Positions 9,546-18,362 of a stretch of DNA of 33,514 nt are shown in pieces. Made by a program: the position numbers and the translations under genes. The stretch comes from an uncultured bacterium (GTDB taxonomy: Bacteria > JAGOEH01). Under the pieces are notes generated by a model. The model did not search any database. It saw only the letters and a program-made list of their open reading frames with translations, and was not told the origin of the DNA. The stretch is taken from NCBI GenBank assembly GCA_964632485.1, contig CAZWDO010000003.1:184690-218203 (forward strand), given 5' to 3'. How positions within the stretch are numbered: the first letter of the stretch is position 1; every line of letters starts with the position of its first letter.

Positions 9546-9977
9546 TTGAGTAGTTTTATGGCAAACCCGGCGACAGCCGAACGGAAGTGGGTGATTATTG
9601 ATGCCAACGATCAGGTACTGGGTCGTATGGCGACGCGAATTGCTATGATTTTAAAAGGAAAGACCAAGCCGTATTTTACGCCGCACATCGATTGTGGTGA
9701 TTTTGTGGTGGTAATCAATGCGGAAAAAGTTGTAGCTACCGGAAACAAAGATGCCCAGAAATATTATTTTCATCATTCCGGCGTTCCGGGAGGCGGGAAA
9801 ATCACTTATCTTCATCAGTTACGACACAGCAAGCCCGCGGAAGTGGTTCGCCACGCCGTGAAGGGAATGCTGGCGAATACCCGTTTGGGGCGCAAGCAGT
9901 TTAGAAAGCTTTATGTGTATGCTGGATCTGAGCATCCTCATCAAGCGCAGCAACCCCAACCGATTTCGTTTAAATAA
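9546..9977 (+). CDS. rplM: 50S ribosomal protein L13 (TTG start, revised from 9513)
   Basis: WVIIDA, LGRMAT, FTPHIDCGDFVVVINAEK, AVKGML, HPHQAQQP; AGGAGG RBS 7 nt before TTG 9546. Confidence 0.97.
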   Translation: MSSFMANPATAERKWVIIDANDQVLGRMATRIAMILKGKTKPYFTPHIDCGDFVVVINAEKVVATGNKDAQKYYFHHSGVPGGGKITYLHQLRHSKPAEVVRHAVKGMLANTRLGRKQFRKLYVYAGSEHPHQAQQPQPISFK

Positions 9978-9988
9978 GGAGGAATCTC

Positions 9989-10381
9989 TTGACAAATACT
10001 AAGTTCTACGCAACCGGACGAAGGAAAACCTCGGTTGCGCGAGTCATTATCAAGCCTGGTAAAGGCCAATTTTCAGTCAATAATCGGGAATTTAAGGAAT
10101 ATTTTCCAACGGGGGGTATGCAGCAGATTATCAACCAACCGTTTGACATTACCAACATGATTGGAAAGTTTGATATCAAGGCGCGTGTTTGTGGCGGCGG
10201 AGTGTGTGGACAAGCCGGAGCCCTGCGGTTGGGCATTGCCCGGGCTTTGTTGAAAGTCGATGCGGAATTGCGTCCTAATTTAAAGCGCGCCGGTTTATTA
10301 ACCCGTGATCCCCGTCAAAAAGAACGTAAAAAATATGGTCAGGCTGCCGCTCGTAAACGTTACCAGTTCTCGAAACGTTAA
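9989..10381 (+). CDS. rpsI: 30S ribosomal protein S9 (TTG start)
   Basis: [53 protein letters not shown]. Confidence 0.98.
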   Translation: MTNTKFYATGRRKTSVARVIIKPGKGQFSVNNREFKEYFPTGGMQQIINQPFDITNMIGKFDIKARVCGGGVCGQAGALRLGIARALLKVDAELRPNLKRAGLLTRDPRQKERKKYGQAAARKRYQFSKR

Positions 10382-10458
10382 CATTATTCTATCGCCATTG
10401 TTCCCTCTCCTGTGCCCCTGGCATTGGAACAATGGTAAACGTTAAGGAGTCTTTTTAT

Positions 10459-11244
10459 ATGCAATCTGTTACTATTGAAAAAATGTTGGAAGCCGGCGTA
10501 CATTTTGGGCACCAGACCCAACGATGGAATCCAAAAATGAAACCTTTCATTTTTACCGCCCGAAATGGTATTTATATAATTGATTTAAAAAAAACACTAA
10601 ATAAACTTGAAGAAGCCTGCAATGCAATGGGCAGTATTGTTGCCAAAGGCAAGCGCGTTATTTTTGTAGGGACCAAAAAACAGGCAAAGGTGATCATCAA
10701 CCATGAAGCGCAACGCGCCGGTGAATATTTTGTGGTTGAACGCTGGTTGGGTGGTATGTTAACCAATTTTCAGACGATTCGTAAAAGTCTTGAAAAAATG
10801 TATCGGATTGAAAAAATGTTTGATGATGGAAGCATTAATCGTCTGATTAAAAAAGAGATTTTAAATTATGATCGTGAAAAGCAAAAAATGATGAAAGTTT
10901 TGGGTGGAATCAAGGGAATGGAAGACCTTCCAGGGGCATTATTCGTGATTGATCCAAAAAAAGAACGAATTGCCGTTGCCGAGGCTAAACGTCTGAATAT
11001 TCCTGTTTTTGCTATTATTGATACTAATTCCGATCCGGACCCCATTGATTATCCGATCCCGGCGAATGATGATGCAATCCGCTCCATTGGTTTAATTGCT
11101 CATCAGATATCGGATGCCATTATCGAAGCCAAAGCTGTCAACAAAGAGGGTCAGTATGAAACTGCGGATATTTATTCTGCGGCTGATGAGTTCTCTGCTG
11201 TTGATAGCAGGGAAGATGTAACAAATTCGCCTGTTCAAGGATAA
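10459..11244 (+). CDS. rpsB: 30S ribosomal protein S2 (start revised from 10432)
   Basis: [60 protein letters not shown] upstream of ATG 10459. Confidence 0.98.
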   Translation: MQSVTIEKMLEAGVHFGHQTQRWNPKMKPFIFTARNGIYIIDLKKTLNKLEEACNAMGSIVAKGKRVIFVGTKKQAKVIINHEAQRAGEYFVVERWLGGMLTNFQTIRKSLEKMYRIEKMFDDGSINRLIKKEILNYDREKQKMMKVLGGIKGMEDLPGALFVIDPKKERIAVAEAKRLNIPVFAIIDTNSDPDPIDYPIPANDDAIRSIGLIAHQISDAIIEAKAVNKEGQYETADIYSAADEFSAVDSREDVTNSPVQG

Positions 11245-11253
11245 GAAGGAGCA

Positions 11254-12144
11254 ATGACTATGGAAATCGATGCCAGAAAAGTAAAAGAACTGCGCGAAAA
11301 AACCGGAGTCGGGATGATGGATTGTAAAAAAGCGCTGCAGGAAACCGGCGGTGACTTCGATGTTGCGATTGACTACCTGCGCAAAAAAGGGATTGCCACT
11401 TCGGCAAAACGCGCGGACAAAGAGGCGCATGAAGGTGTTGTTGTGGTCATGCTTAGTGAAGACCATCGCCAGGCCGCTATGGTAGAAGTCAATTGTGAAA
11501 CTGATTTCGTTGCAAAGACGGATGATTTTAAAGAGTTTGCCCAGACAATTTGCCAACAAACTTTGGGTTGCGACCCTGGAATTACAGCCGATGCATTGTT
11601 GAATCAAGCCTATATCCTCAATCCGCAGTTGAGCGTTACTGATCAGTTAAATAACGTCATTGCCAAAACGGGTGAAAGAATTGTTATCAACCGACTGGTA
11701 AGGACTGGAATAGATAATAGTGTTCCCGGTCTCATCGCTTCGTATGTGCATAGTAATTTGAAAATTGGGACACTGGTGGCCATCACGTGCAAGGAGAAAT
11801 CCGCCGCAACCAACGAAATTGTGATTCAGGCCGCAAAAGATGTCTGCATGCAAATAGCTGCGGCTTCGCCGCTCGGGTTGAACAGAGACTCTATCGATAC
11901 TACTTTGATTGAAAAAGAGAAAGAAATCTATCGTGAACAGATGAAAAATGATAAAAAACCCGCGCAAATTATTGAAAAGATCATAGATGGCAAAATTGCC
12001 AAATTTTTCAGTGAAGTTTGCCTCCTTGAGCAAAAATTTGTTAAAAACCAGGACCAGACGATCAGCGATTATCTCAATGAAATTAGCAAGCAGGTCGGCG
12101 ATTGTTTGACTGTAATAAATTATTGGCGTTTCCAACTCGGTTGA
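11254..12144 (+). CDS. tsf: Translation elongation factor Ts
   Basis: VKELREKTGVGMMDCKKAL, EVNCETDFVAK, KIIDGKIAKF, LLEQKFV. Confidence 0.98.
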   Translation: MTMEIDARKVKELREKTGVGMMDCKKALQETGGDFDVAIDYLRKKGIATSAKRADKEAHEGVVVVMLSEDHRQAAMVEVNCETDFVAKTDDFKEFAQTICQQTLGCDPGITADALLNQAYILNPQLSVTDQLNNVIAKTGERIVINRLVRTGIDNSVPGLIASYVHSNLKIGTLVAITCKEKSAATNEIVIQAAKDVCMQIAAASPLGLNRDSIDTTLIEKEKEIYREQMKNDKKPAQIIEKIIDGKIAKFFSEVCLLEQKFVKNQDQTISDYLNEISKQVGDCLTVINYWRFQLG

Positions 12145-12149
12145 GGTAA

Positions 12150-12848
12150 ATGCAAAAAGTCTTATTGAAACTCAGTGGGGAGGCCCTTGCCTCATCCACT
12201 GAGACTTTAGATCCCGAATTACTGAATCATCTCGCGGAAGAAATTGAACCTTTGGTCAAGCGCGAAGTGGGTATCGCTATTGTATGTGGCGCTGGAAATC
12301 TTTTTCGGGGGAAGACATTATCCAGGGACAATCTTTTTGATCGCTGCGGAGCAGACCAGATCGGTATGCTGGGAACGGTCATCAATTCCCTCGCGATTAA
12401 TGCCGTTCTCTTGAAAAGAGGAATTAAAGCCCGGACAATGTCCGCGGCTGGAATTGAAGGTGTGGTGGAGCGGTATCAGATATCCCGAGCCCGCTCTGCT
12501 ATTAAACAGGGAGAGGTTGTTATTTTGGCAGGAGGAACCGGTAATCCTTTTTTTTCCACTGATAGCGCCGGGGCTTTACGCGCGCTGGAGCTTGAAATGG
12601 ACTATTTCATCAAGGCCACTAAGGTTGACGGGGTCTATACCAAGGACCCTCAGCTTCATTCCGACGCGGTTAAATATACGACGTTGACATACCGTCAGGC
12701 GATTCAGGAGAAATTAGCGGTTATGGATTTGACGGCATTGACACTCTGTGAAGAAAACCATCTACCAATTTATGTGTATAATTTTTTTGCAAAAGGCGCG
12801 TTGGCATCTTTTATCCAGGGAAAACGGTGTGGAACATTTATTGGCTGA
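12150..12848 (+). CDS. pyrH: UMP kinase
   Basis: LLKLSGEAL, GNLFRG, DQIGMLGT, GTGNPFFSTD, KVDGVY, LAVMDLTA. Confidence 0.97.
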   Translation: MQKVLLKLSGEALASSTETLDPELLNHLAEEIEPLVKREVGIAIVCGAGNLFRGKTLSRDNLFDRCGADQIGMLGTVINSLAINAVLLKRGIKARTMSAAGIEGVVERYQISRARSAIKQGEVVILAGGTGNPFFSTDSAGALRALELEMDYFIKATKVDGVYTKDPQLHSDAVKYTTLTYRQAIQEKLAVMDLTALTLCEENHLPIYVYNFFAKGALASFIQGKRCGTFIG

Positions 12849-12866
12849 AGTAAGGAGAGGAAGCTT

Positions 12867-13424
12867 ATGATTAAAGAAATTATTAAAGATGAAGAGCAAA
12901 AAATGATTAAGGCGATAGAACATCTTAAACGCGAGTTTTCAGGTATTCGCTCAGGGAAGGCTTCAATTGCCCTGATTGAAAACCTTCGCGTGGAATGTTA
13001 TGGATCGCCGATTGCTCTGTCACAAATCGCGGCGCTTCACACTCCGGATGCCCGGACAATTACGATTAAGCCCTATGATTTATCGCAAATTGCGTCGATT
13101 GAACGAGGAATTATGCAGTCGAACATGGGTTTCAATCCCTCTAATGACGGATCGATTATTCGAATACCTATCCCTGCTCCCACGGAGGAACGGCGACGCG
13201 ATTATGCGAAGATGGCAAAAAAGATCGCCGAGGAATCGAAAGTCGCGGTACGCAATATCCGCCGCGATGGAATTACTCATATCAAACAAGAAGAAAAAAA
13301 TAAGATGATTAGCGAGGACGATTCTAAAAAAGGTCAAAAGAAACTTCAGGAATTAACCGATTTATATTGTAAAGAAATTGATGAGGTGACAAAGAAAAAA
13401 GAAGCCGAAATCATGGAAGTTTAA
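12867..13424 (+). CDS. frr: Ribosome recycling factor
   Basis: IRSGKA, NPSNDG, TEERRRD, KVAVRNIRRD, ISEDD, KKEAEIMEV. Confidence 0.98.
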   Translation: MIKEIIKDEEQKMIKAIEHLKREFSGIRSGKASIALIENLRVECYGSPIALSQIAALHTPDARTITIKPYDLSQIASIERGIMQSNMGFNPSNDGSIIRIPIPAPTEERRRDYAKMAKKIAEESKVAVRNIRRDGITHIKQEEKNKMISEDDSKKGQKKLQELTDLYCKEIDEVTKKKEAEIMEV

Positions 13425-13447
13425 ATTTAAACCGGAAGAAGGCTTAG

Positions 13448-14581
13448 ATGGGCAGTACAAAAATTCTGTTTTTGCTGATGCTTTGGATGGCGTGTTCGCT
13501 GGTGGGGAGAAGCAATCTTTATGCGCAGTATGAGTTGGAGGATTTGAATAATTCAATGAATTTGTTAACAGATTATGTTGAGAAACATCCAAATGGTTTT
13601 TTTGAACGGGATGCCTATTTTCGTTTGGGGGAAGTCAATTTTTTCCGGGCATTAAAAATTGCAGAGACATCGCGATTCACCGCTAATTCGCTGGATGCGG
13701 CGCTACGTTTTTATGGATTGGCAGAGAAGTTGTTGCCGGTTGATTTCACGACTGAAGCTGCAATCTATGGTCAAATATACTGTTATTACACACTTTTGCG
13801 TAAAAGTTTCTCCCCACGGGATAACAATCTGTTAATTTACCGTGAATATCAAAAACTTCTGGATGTTAACGCTCAATCCATTTTTATCAATGATGTCAAG
13901 ATGATGAGCGCTCATGCGATGTTTATGGCGGGTAATTATAAATTAACGTTAAGTACTCTGGATTCGATTCGCGTTGACGACCAAAACTGGGGGTTTGTAA
14001 GATATTTGCAAATCTGGTCGCATTATCGCGAGTTGAATGATTCGACGGTTTTGCGATTGGCGGAATCGGCATTGGATTCTTCTACTATTTTTATTAAAGA
14101 TTCCGTGCGGTTAGCTGATTTCAATACTGAGATCGCCGGATTGTTCGCGAAAACAATTTCTACCGCGTACGATCCCAGCAGATTTGATCAGCATTTCGAA
14201 GAGAAACCTTATTTCCCTTTGCTGGCGTATTATACCGCTGAGTCGTTTTTGAGTTACACGAATACACGGGATAATGGATTGAGCATCCTGCAAAAAATCG
14301 TCAATCTATATCCGGAATCCTACCAGGCGCGCCAGGCTATTTCATTGGTTACGGGGCAGGATATTAATACGATCAATTTGGTCGATGGCGCTCAAAATGT
14401 TCTCTTTGATGCTCAAGGCAACCAAAACATCCAATTGCAGAACCTTCAAATTACCGGTTTTGCCGATGTCCCGCGGATAGTTTTTTTCCAACCTAAAGAG
14501 CTATTGACTCTTTCAACGGCTTCGTCAACCTATCGGTTTAGGAAGAATATTCTGAATCGGTATGAAAAATACCACCCTTGA
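13448..14581 (+). CDS. Exported helical/TPR-like hypothetical protein
   Basis: Hydrophobic N-terminal signal (cleavage after NLYA, or a weak lipobox at WMAC); TPR-like segments (YVEKHPN...AYFRLGE; AHAMFMAGNYK; IVNLYPESYQARQA). Confidence 0.6.
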   Translation: MGSTKILFLLMLWMACSLVGRSNLYAQYELEDLNNSMNLLTDYVEKHPNGFFERDAYFRLGEVNFFRALKIAETSRFTANSLDAALRFYGLAEKLLPVDFTTEAAIYGQIYCYYTLLRKSFSPRDNNLLIYREYQKLLDVNAQSIFINDVKMMSAHAMFMAGNYKLTLSTLDSIRVDDQNWGFVRYLQIWSHYRELNDSTVLRLAESALDSSTIFIKDSVRLADFNTEIAGLFAKTISTAYDPSRFDQHFEEKPYFPLLAYYTAESFLSYTNTRDNGLSILQKIVNLYPESYQARQAISLVTGQDINTINLVDGAQNVLFDAQGNQNIQLQNLQITGFADVPRIVFFQPKELLTLSTASSTYRFRKNILNRYEKYHP

Positions 14582-14595
14582 AACTGAGGTGATAA

Positions 14596-15879
14596 ATGAT
14601 TAATTATTTGAGAACGCTTCTATTTATCATTATAGTAGTTCCTAATCTGATGGGGGAAGACATTCAAACTCCTTTTTCCCGATATGGGTTAAATGGAGGA
14701 ATTGACGTTCCATCTGCTTATTTGATGGCGCATGGGAATATTATTTACACCCATACTCTGAATTTTGCCACTAAAAGCGATTATAAGCAAAAGAACATGC
14801 AGACCTTCAGTCTGACATTCGGACTCTATAATTATGTACAGGCCAATGTTTCCTATTATCAAGGACATTATGTATGCGCGAATTTTCAGGCGTTGCTGCT
14901 GACCGAGGATAAATACTATTATATTCCCCAGGTTGTCATCGGGATCGACAATGTCGGGGGTACAACTCAGTTTTCTTCAAATTTGCCAGATTATCTGAGA
15001 GATGATCAAAATGGGGTATTAACCTGGGAGAATTGGTGGAATCATCGCAATTATATGGTGGATCCGTATGTGGTTGATTTCGAAAAAAACAGTATTTATG
15101 TTGTATTTGGTAAAAAATTTGTATTTGGCAAACAGTTTATCCGTTTTAACCTGGGTTTCAGTCCCAATAACGGCCGGTATTACGGGATGGGACCTAAAAG
15201 TTTCTATGTAAAGCGGACCTTTTACAATTTTGAATATTCGCCATTTTACAATTTGCGGACGATTTGGGAACAGGATGGCCGCGATTGGAATGTGGGACTA
15301 AAATATACAATCAACCGGATGTTTAGCCTGCACGCTGCCGTGACGGAGATTGAGCATTTTGATGACTGGATCGGCGCATTTTTTCATGTAGGTTTTTCAA
15401 TTTCGTTAGTGCCAAATTTTATTGCAATTCAACAACGACAACGTGAATATAACATGCTTGTACAGTCCCGTATTGAAGAAGCCAATCGAATGGATCAGCT
15501 TTATCAGGAGACAGTGCGAAAACGGATTTTGCTTGAGAACCGTTTCAGCGGAATTCGTTTGAATATTGATCGTATTCTGGCGAATCAACAAACCCAGGAT
15601 CGCCAATTGTTTTATGAGCGTCAATTAATGAATGAAAGTGATTATTATATTAAGCTGGCTCTCGAACTGGCCTATTATGGCGAATATGAAGCCGCGCGGG
15701 AACATGCTGTTCGCGCGATAGAAATTTATCCTAAAAATCCATTGGCCTATCTGCGCCTGGGAGAAATTTATCTGAAGTCGGGCGATAAAGCCAAGGCTCT
15801 GGAAACGTGGAAAAATGGGTTGCTGATCGACCCGCAAAATGTGGATCTTTTAGAATCAATACAGAGGTATGAACAATGA
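14596..15879 (+). CDS. Putative outer-membrane protein: YjbH-like beta-barrel + coiled coil + C-terminal TPRs
   Basis: Signal peptide; GLNGGIDVPSAYLM resembles the start of YjbH-domain proteins; amphipathic strands (FSLTFGLY, IYVVFGKKF, WNVGLKYTI, FFHVGFSISL); Q/R/E-rich helix; clear TPRs (GEYEAAREHAVRAIEIYPKNPLAYLRLGEIYLKSGDKAKALETWKNGLLIDPQN). Confidence 0.6.
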   Translation: MINYLRTLLFIIIVVPNLMGEDIQTPFSRYGLNGGIDVPSAYLMAHGNIIYTHTLNFATKSDYKQKNMQTFSLTFGLYNYVQANVSYYQGHYVCANFQALLLTEDKYYYIPQVVIGIDNVGGTTQFSSNLPDYLRDDQNGVLTWENWWNHRNYMVDPYVVDFEKNSIYVVFGKKFVFGKQFIRFNLGFSPNNGRYYGMGPKSFYVKRTFYNFEYSPFYNLRTIWEQDGRDWNVGLKYTINRMFSLHAAVTEIEHFDDWIGAFFHVGFSISLVPNFIAIQQRQREYNMLVQSRIEEANRMDQLYQETVRKRILLENRFSGIRLNIDRILANQQTQDRQLFYERQLMNESDYYIKLALELAYYGEYEAAREHAVRAIEIYPKNPLAYLRLGEIYLKSGDKAKALETWKNGLLIDPQNVDLLESIQRYEQ

Positions 15880-17465
15880 AAACGATCGTCAGTATCATGT
15901 TCGTTGTATTTTTGGTAACGGCTTCCTGTAGTAAACTGGCGCGAGGGAACAGCGACGTTTCGTTTCAGAAAATTGACCAGTATGACTCTAAACAATTGGA
16001 ATCTGAAGCCTATAAATTGGAATTGGAAAGAGCAATTGCAGGATTTCAACGTCAGGCTTTCAATGAGAATAAAGATATTGCCGAGATTATGGAAAAAACT
16101 ATTAATCTGCTCTCCAAAGGGATTTTGATGGAGCAGACGAATATTGTTAAAATCCAGAAAACCATTGAACTGCTTGGCAGGAACAAAGTTGGCAAAATCG
16201 CAATTTTGGATGAGTCAAAAAATATTGAAGAAATATACGCAATGGCAGATCAGGATTATGAACGCATTCAGAGTAGCGTAGCCAGCGGACAACTCTGGGA
16301 TGCCGCTTTTCTTTTGTCCCAGTTTACGACTATGTATCCTATTACTTATAAAAAACTGGATGCCGCTTTTTTTCAATTGGCGGGAATCTATTCACAACTT
16401 GGTTTGCCGTCCGCCAGCCGGGAAGTGTTAGTAAATCTGATTCGTGAAATTCCCTTAAGCGATCATTTTGTGGATGCGTATTATCTGCTGTTTCGCGTTA
16501 ATTATCAACTGAAACAATATCAGGACAATATTGCGCTGGCCCGTGAATTTTATGGTAAATATCCTGCGGCTGACTCTCTGGATCTCGTGAGATACTATGA
16601 GGGTTTGTCTTTTTTTGATCTGGGTGATTACCGGCGAACTCGTGAGATAATGGATGCAATTCCCCAGGGGTCTTCATTTTATAGTCTGGCATGGTATTTT
16701 AGCGGCTTATCGATGTATTTGCAAAAAGAACCGTTAGCTGCCTATAAATTGTTGGGGATCAGGAATTTAAATTTTGCCGGCTCTGAGGGCGACAGTTTAA
16801 AGACCAAGGCATTACTGACAGCAGTCCAAATTTACGCTGATCAGGACTCTTTGGATAATGCGGTGGGACTTATCAATGTGTTGAAGGATAGCGCTTTTTA
16901 TGCGCGTGATGAAATTCTGTTTACCGCTGGAGAGGTACTTTCCAGGAAAAAAGATTTAGCGGGGGCGCAACTAATCCTGGAGGAATTAATACGTGATTTT
17001 CCCCAATCAAATTACCAATTTTTAGCGCAATCTAAATTAATGTGGATTTATAAAGAAACCAATCAATTGACACAAGCCCAATCCATGTATGATAATTTGA
17101 TTTCTCAATTGAAAGGCAATCAGTATTATGGAAAGTCCTATACTGAAATTATGGCTCGCATTGATAACCGGGACCAGGAAATACTGGTATTAAATGGGCA
17201 GTTGTCTATAATGGACGTGCTGGCTTATGAACGGTTCAAGTTTCTTCATTTAGTGGATTATTACAATGATAAGTATCGACAGGAAGATTATCTCTCGAAA
17301 TATATTGAACCCACGACGACTCGTTTCACGGAATTGAATGGGCGACTGGCATTATTTATTGAAGAGAAGAAGAATCTTGAAAGTTATTTAGCAATGTTAA
17401 GCGCTTGGGAACAGATTGAATATCAGAACGCCGTTATTGCTTATGAAAAATTGCTTGAGAAATAG
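15876..17465 (+). CDS. TPR-repeat protein, probable lipoprotein
   Basis: Signal peptide ending in lipobox-like VTASC; repeated TPR signatures (AFFQLAGIYSQLG, RYYEGLSFFDLGDY, LEELIRDFPQSNY); coiled-coil-like C-terminus; ATGA overlap with the upstream gene. Confidence 0.75.
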   Translation: MKTIVSIMFVVFLVTASCSKLARGNSDVSFQKIDQYDSKQLESEAYKLELERAIAGFQRQAFNENKDIAEIMEKTINLLSKGILMEQTNIVKIQKTIELLGRNKVGKIAILDESKNIEEIYAMADQDYERIQSSVASGQLWDAAFLLSQFTTMYPITYKKLDAAFFQLAGIYSQLGLPSASREVLVNLIREIPLSDHFVDAYYLLFRVNYQLKQYQDNIALAREFYGKYPAADSLDLVRYYEGLSFFDLGDYRRTREIMDAIPQGSSFYSLAWYFSGLSMYLQKEPLAAYKLLGIRNLNFAGSEGDSLKTKALLTAVQIYADQDSLDNAVGLINVLKDSAFYARDEILFTAGEVLSRKKDLAGAQLILEELIRDFPQSNYQFLAQSKLMWIYKETNQLTQAQSMYDNLISQLKGNQYYGKSYTEIMARIDNRDQEILVLNGQLSIMDVLAYERFKFLHLVDYYNDKYRQEDYLSKYIEPTTTRFTELNGRLALFIEEKKNLESYLAMLSAWEQIEYQNAVIAYEKLLEK

Positions 17466-18351
17466 TCTGTACCCAATTGTTAGTCTGATACTTTTGACTG
17501 TTGTTCCATTTTTTGCTCAGGGATTGAAGAATGGAGACAACATTAAGGTGTCGATTTCCGGCCACCCGGAATTAAATCGTATTTATCGGGTCGATGAGAA
17601 CGGCATACTGAACATATCCGGTATTGGCTTTTTGCCCGTATTCGGGATGGATATGGCCAATTTACATCTGCTATTAACGGAACATTATCGTGAGACCTAT
17701 CCCAACTCGATTGTTACGATTGAAATCACCGATGAGTATGAAATTTCTTTTGAAGTATATGGCGCGGTAAAAAATCCCGGAATATTTAGGGGAACCAACA
17801 AATTATTGCTGCAAAGCGCGTTGATCATGGCCGGTATCGACGAGGATTCGGAATTGAACCGCGTTTTACTCTTTCGACAGAATGAGCAGTCAAGCTACGA
17901 TATTTATCGATTTTTATCTGAAAGCGATCAAACGCAAAATCCTCAATTGAAAGATCGCGACAGAATTGTCATTCCGCTCAAAACAAATCAATCCCGTGTT
18001 CAACTGTTTGGGGAAGTGAATAAAGCAGGTTTTTATCCCCTAACCCCGAATATGAATTTGCTTGACGCGATCAGTCAGGGAGGCGGCTTTACCAAGGATG
18101 CGAATTTGAAGAATATTCGTATTATCCGCTATTATCGCTCGGTGCCCATAGAAACAAAGGTAAATCTGGAACAGATAATAAATGATAACGAGTTTAATCA
18201 ACTTCCATTAATGGGAGCGGGGGATATTGTGATCGTTGAGCGTAAGCGCTATTTCTGGCGCAATGTCTGGCAGGGATCCCTTGCGGTTACGCAACAATTT
18301 CTGATGATTATTTCTCTAATCATAACATTTCAAAATTTAAAACGCTTATAA
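17443..18351 (+). CDS. Polysaccharide export (Wza/OPX-like) protein with two SLBB domains (start revised from 17416)
   Basis: Poly_export motif LKNGDNIKVSI...YRVDENGILNI...GFLPVFG; SLBB motifs VYGAVKNPG and LFGEVNKAG...LLDAISQGGG; C-terminal hydrophobic helix; upstream of a Wzc homolog. Confidence 0.85.
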   Translation: MKNCLRNSLYPIVSLILLTVVPFFAQGLKNGDNIKVSISGHPELNRIYRVDENGILNISGIGFLPVFGMDMANLHLLLTEHYRETYPNSIVTIEITDEYEISFEVYGAVKNPGIFRGTNKLLLQSALIMAGIDEDSELNRVLLFRQNEQSSYDIYRFLSESDQTQNPQLKDRDRIVIPLKTNQSRVQLFGEVNKAGFYPLTPNMNLLDAISQGGGFTKDANLKNIRIIRYYRSVPIETKVNLEQIINDNEFNQLPLMGAGDIVIVERKRYFWRNVWQGSLAVTQQFLMIISLIITFQNLKRL

Positions 18352-18362
18352 AAGGCTCAATT

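Noticed and set aside
11092-12135. Antisense ORFs of 171 and 162 aa opposite rpsB/tsf
   Set aside because: Shadow frames of conserved genes with no motifs or RBS.
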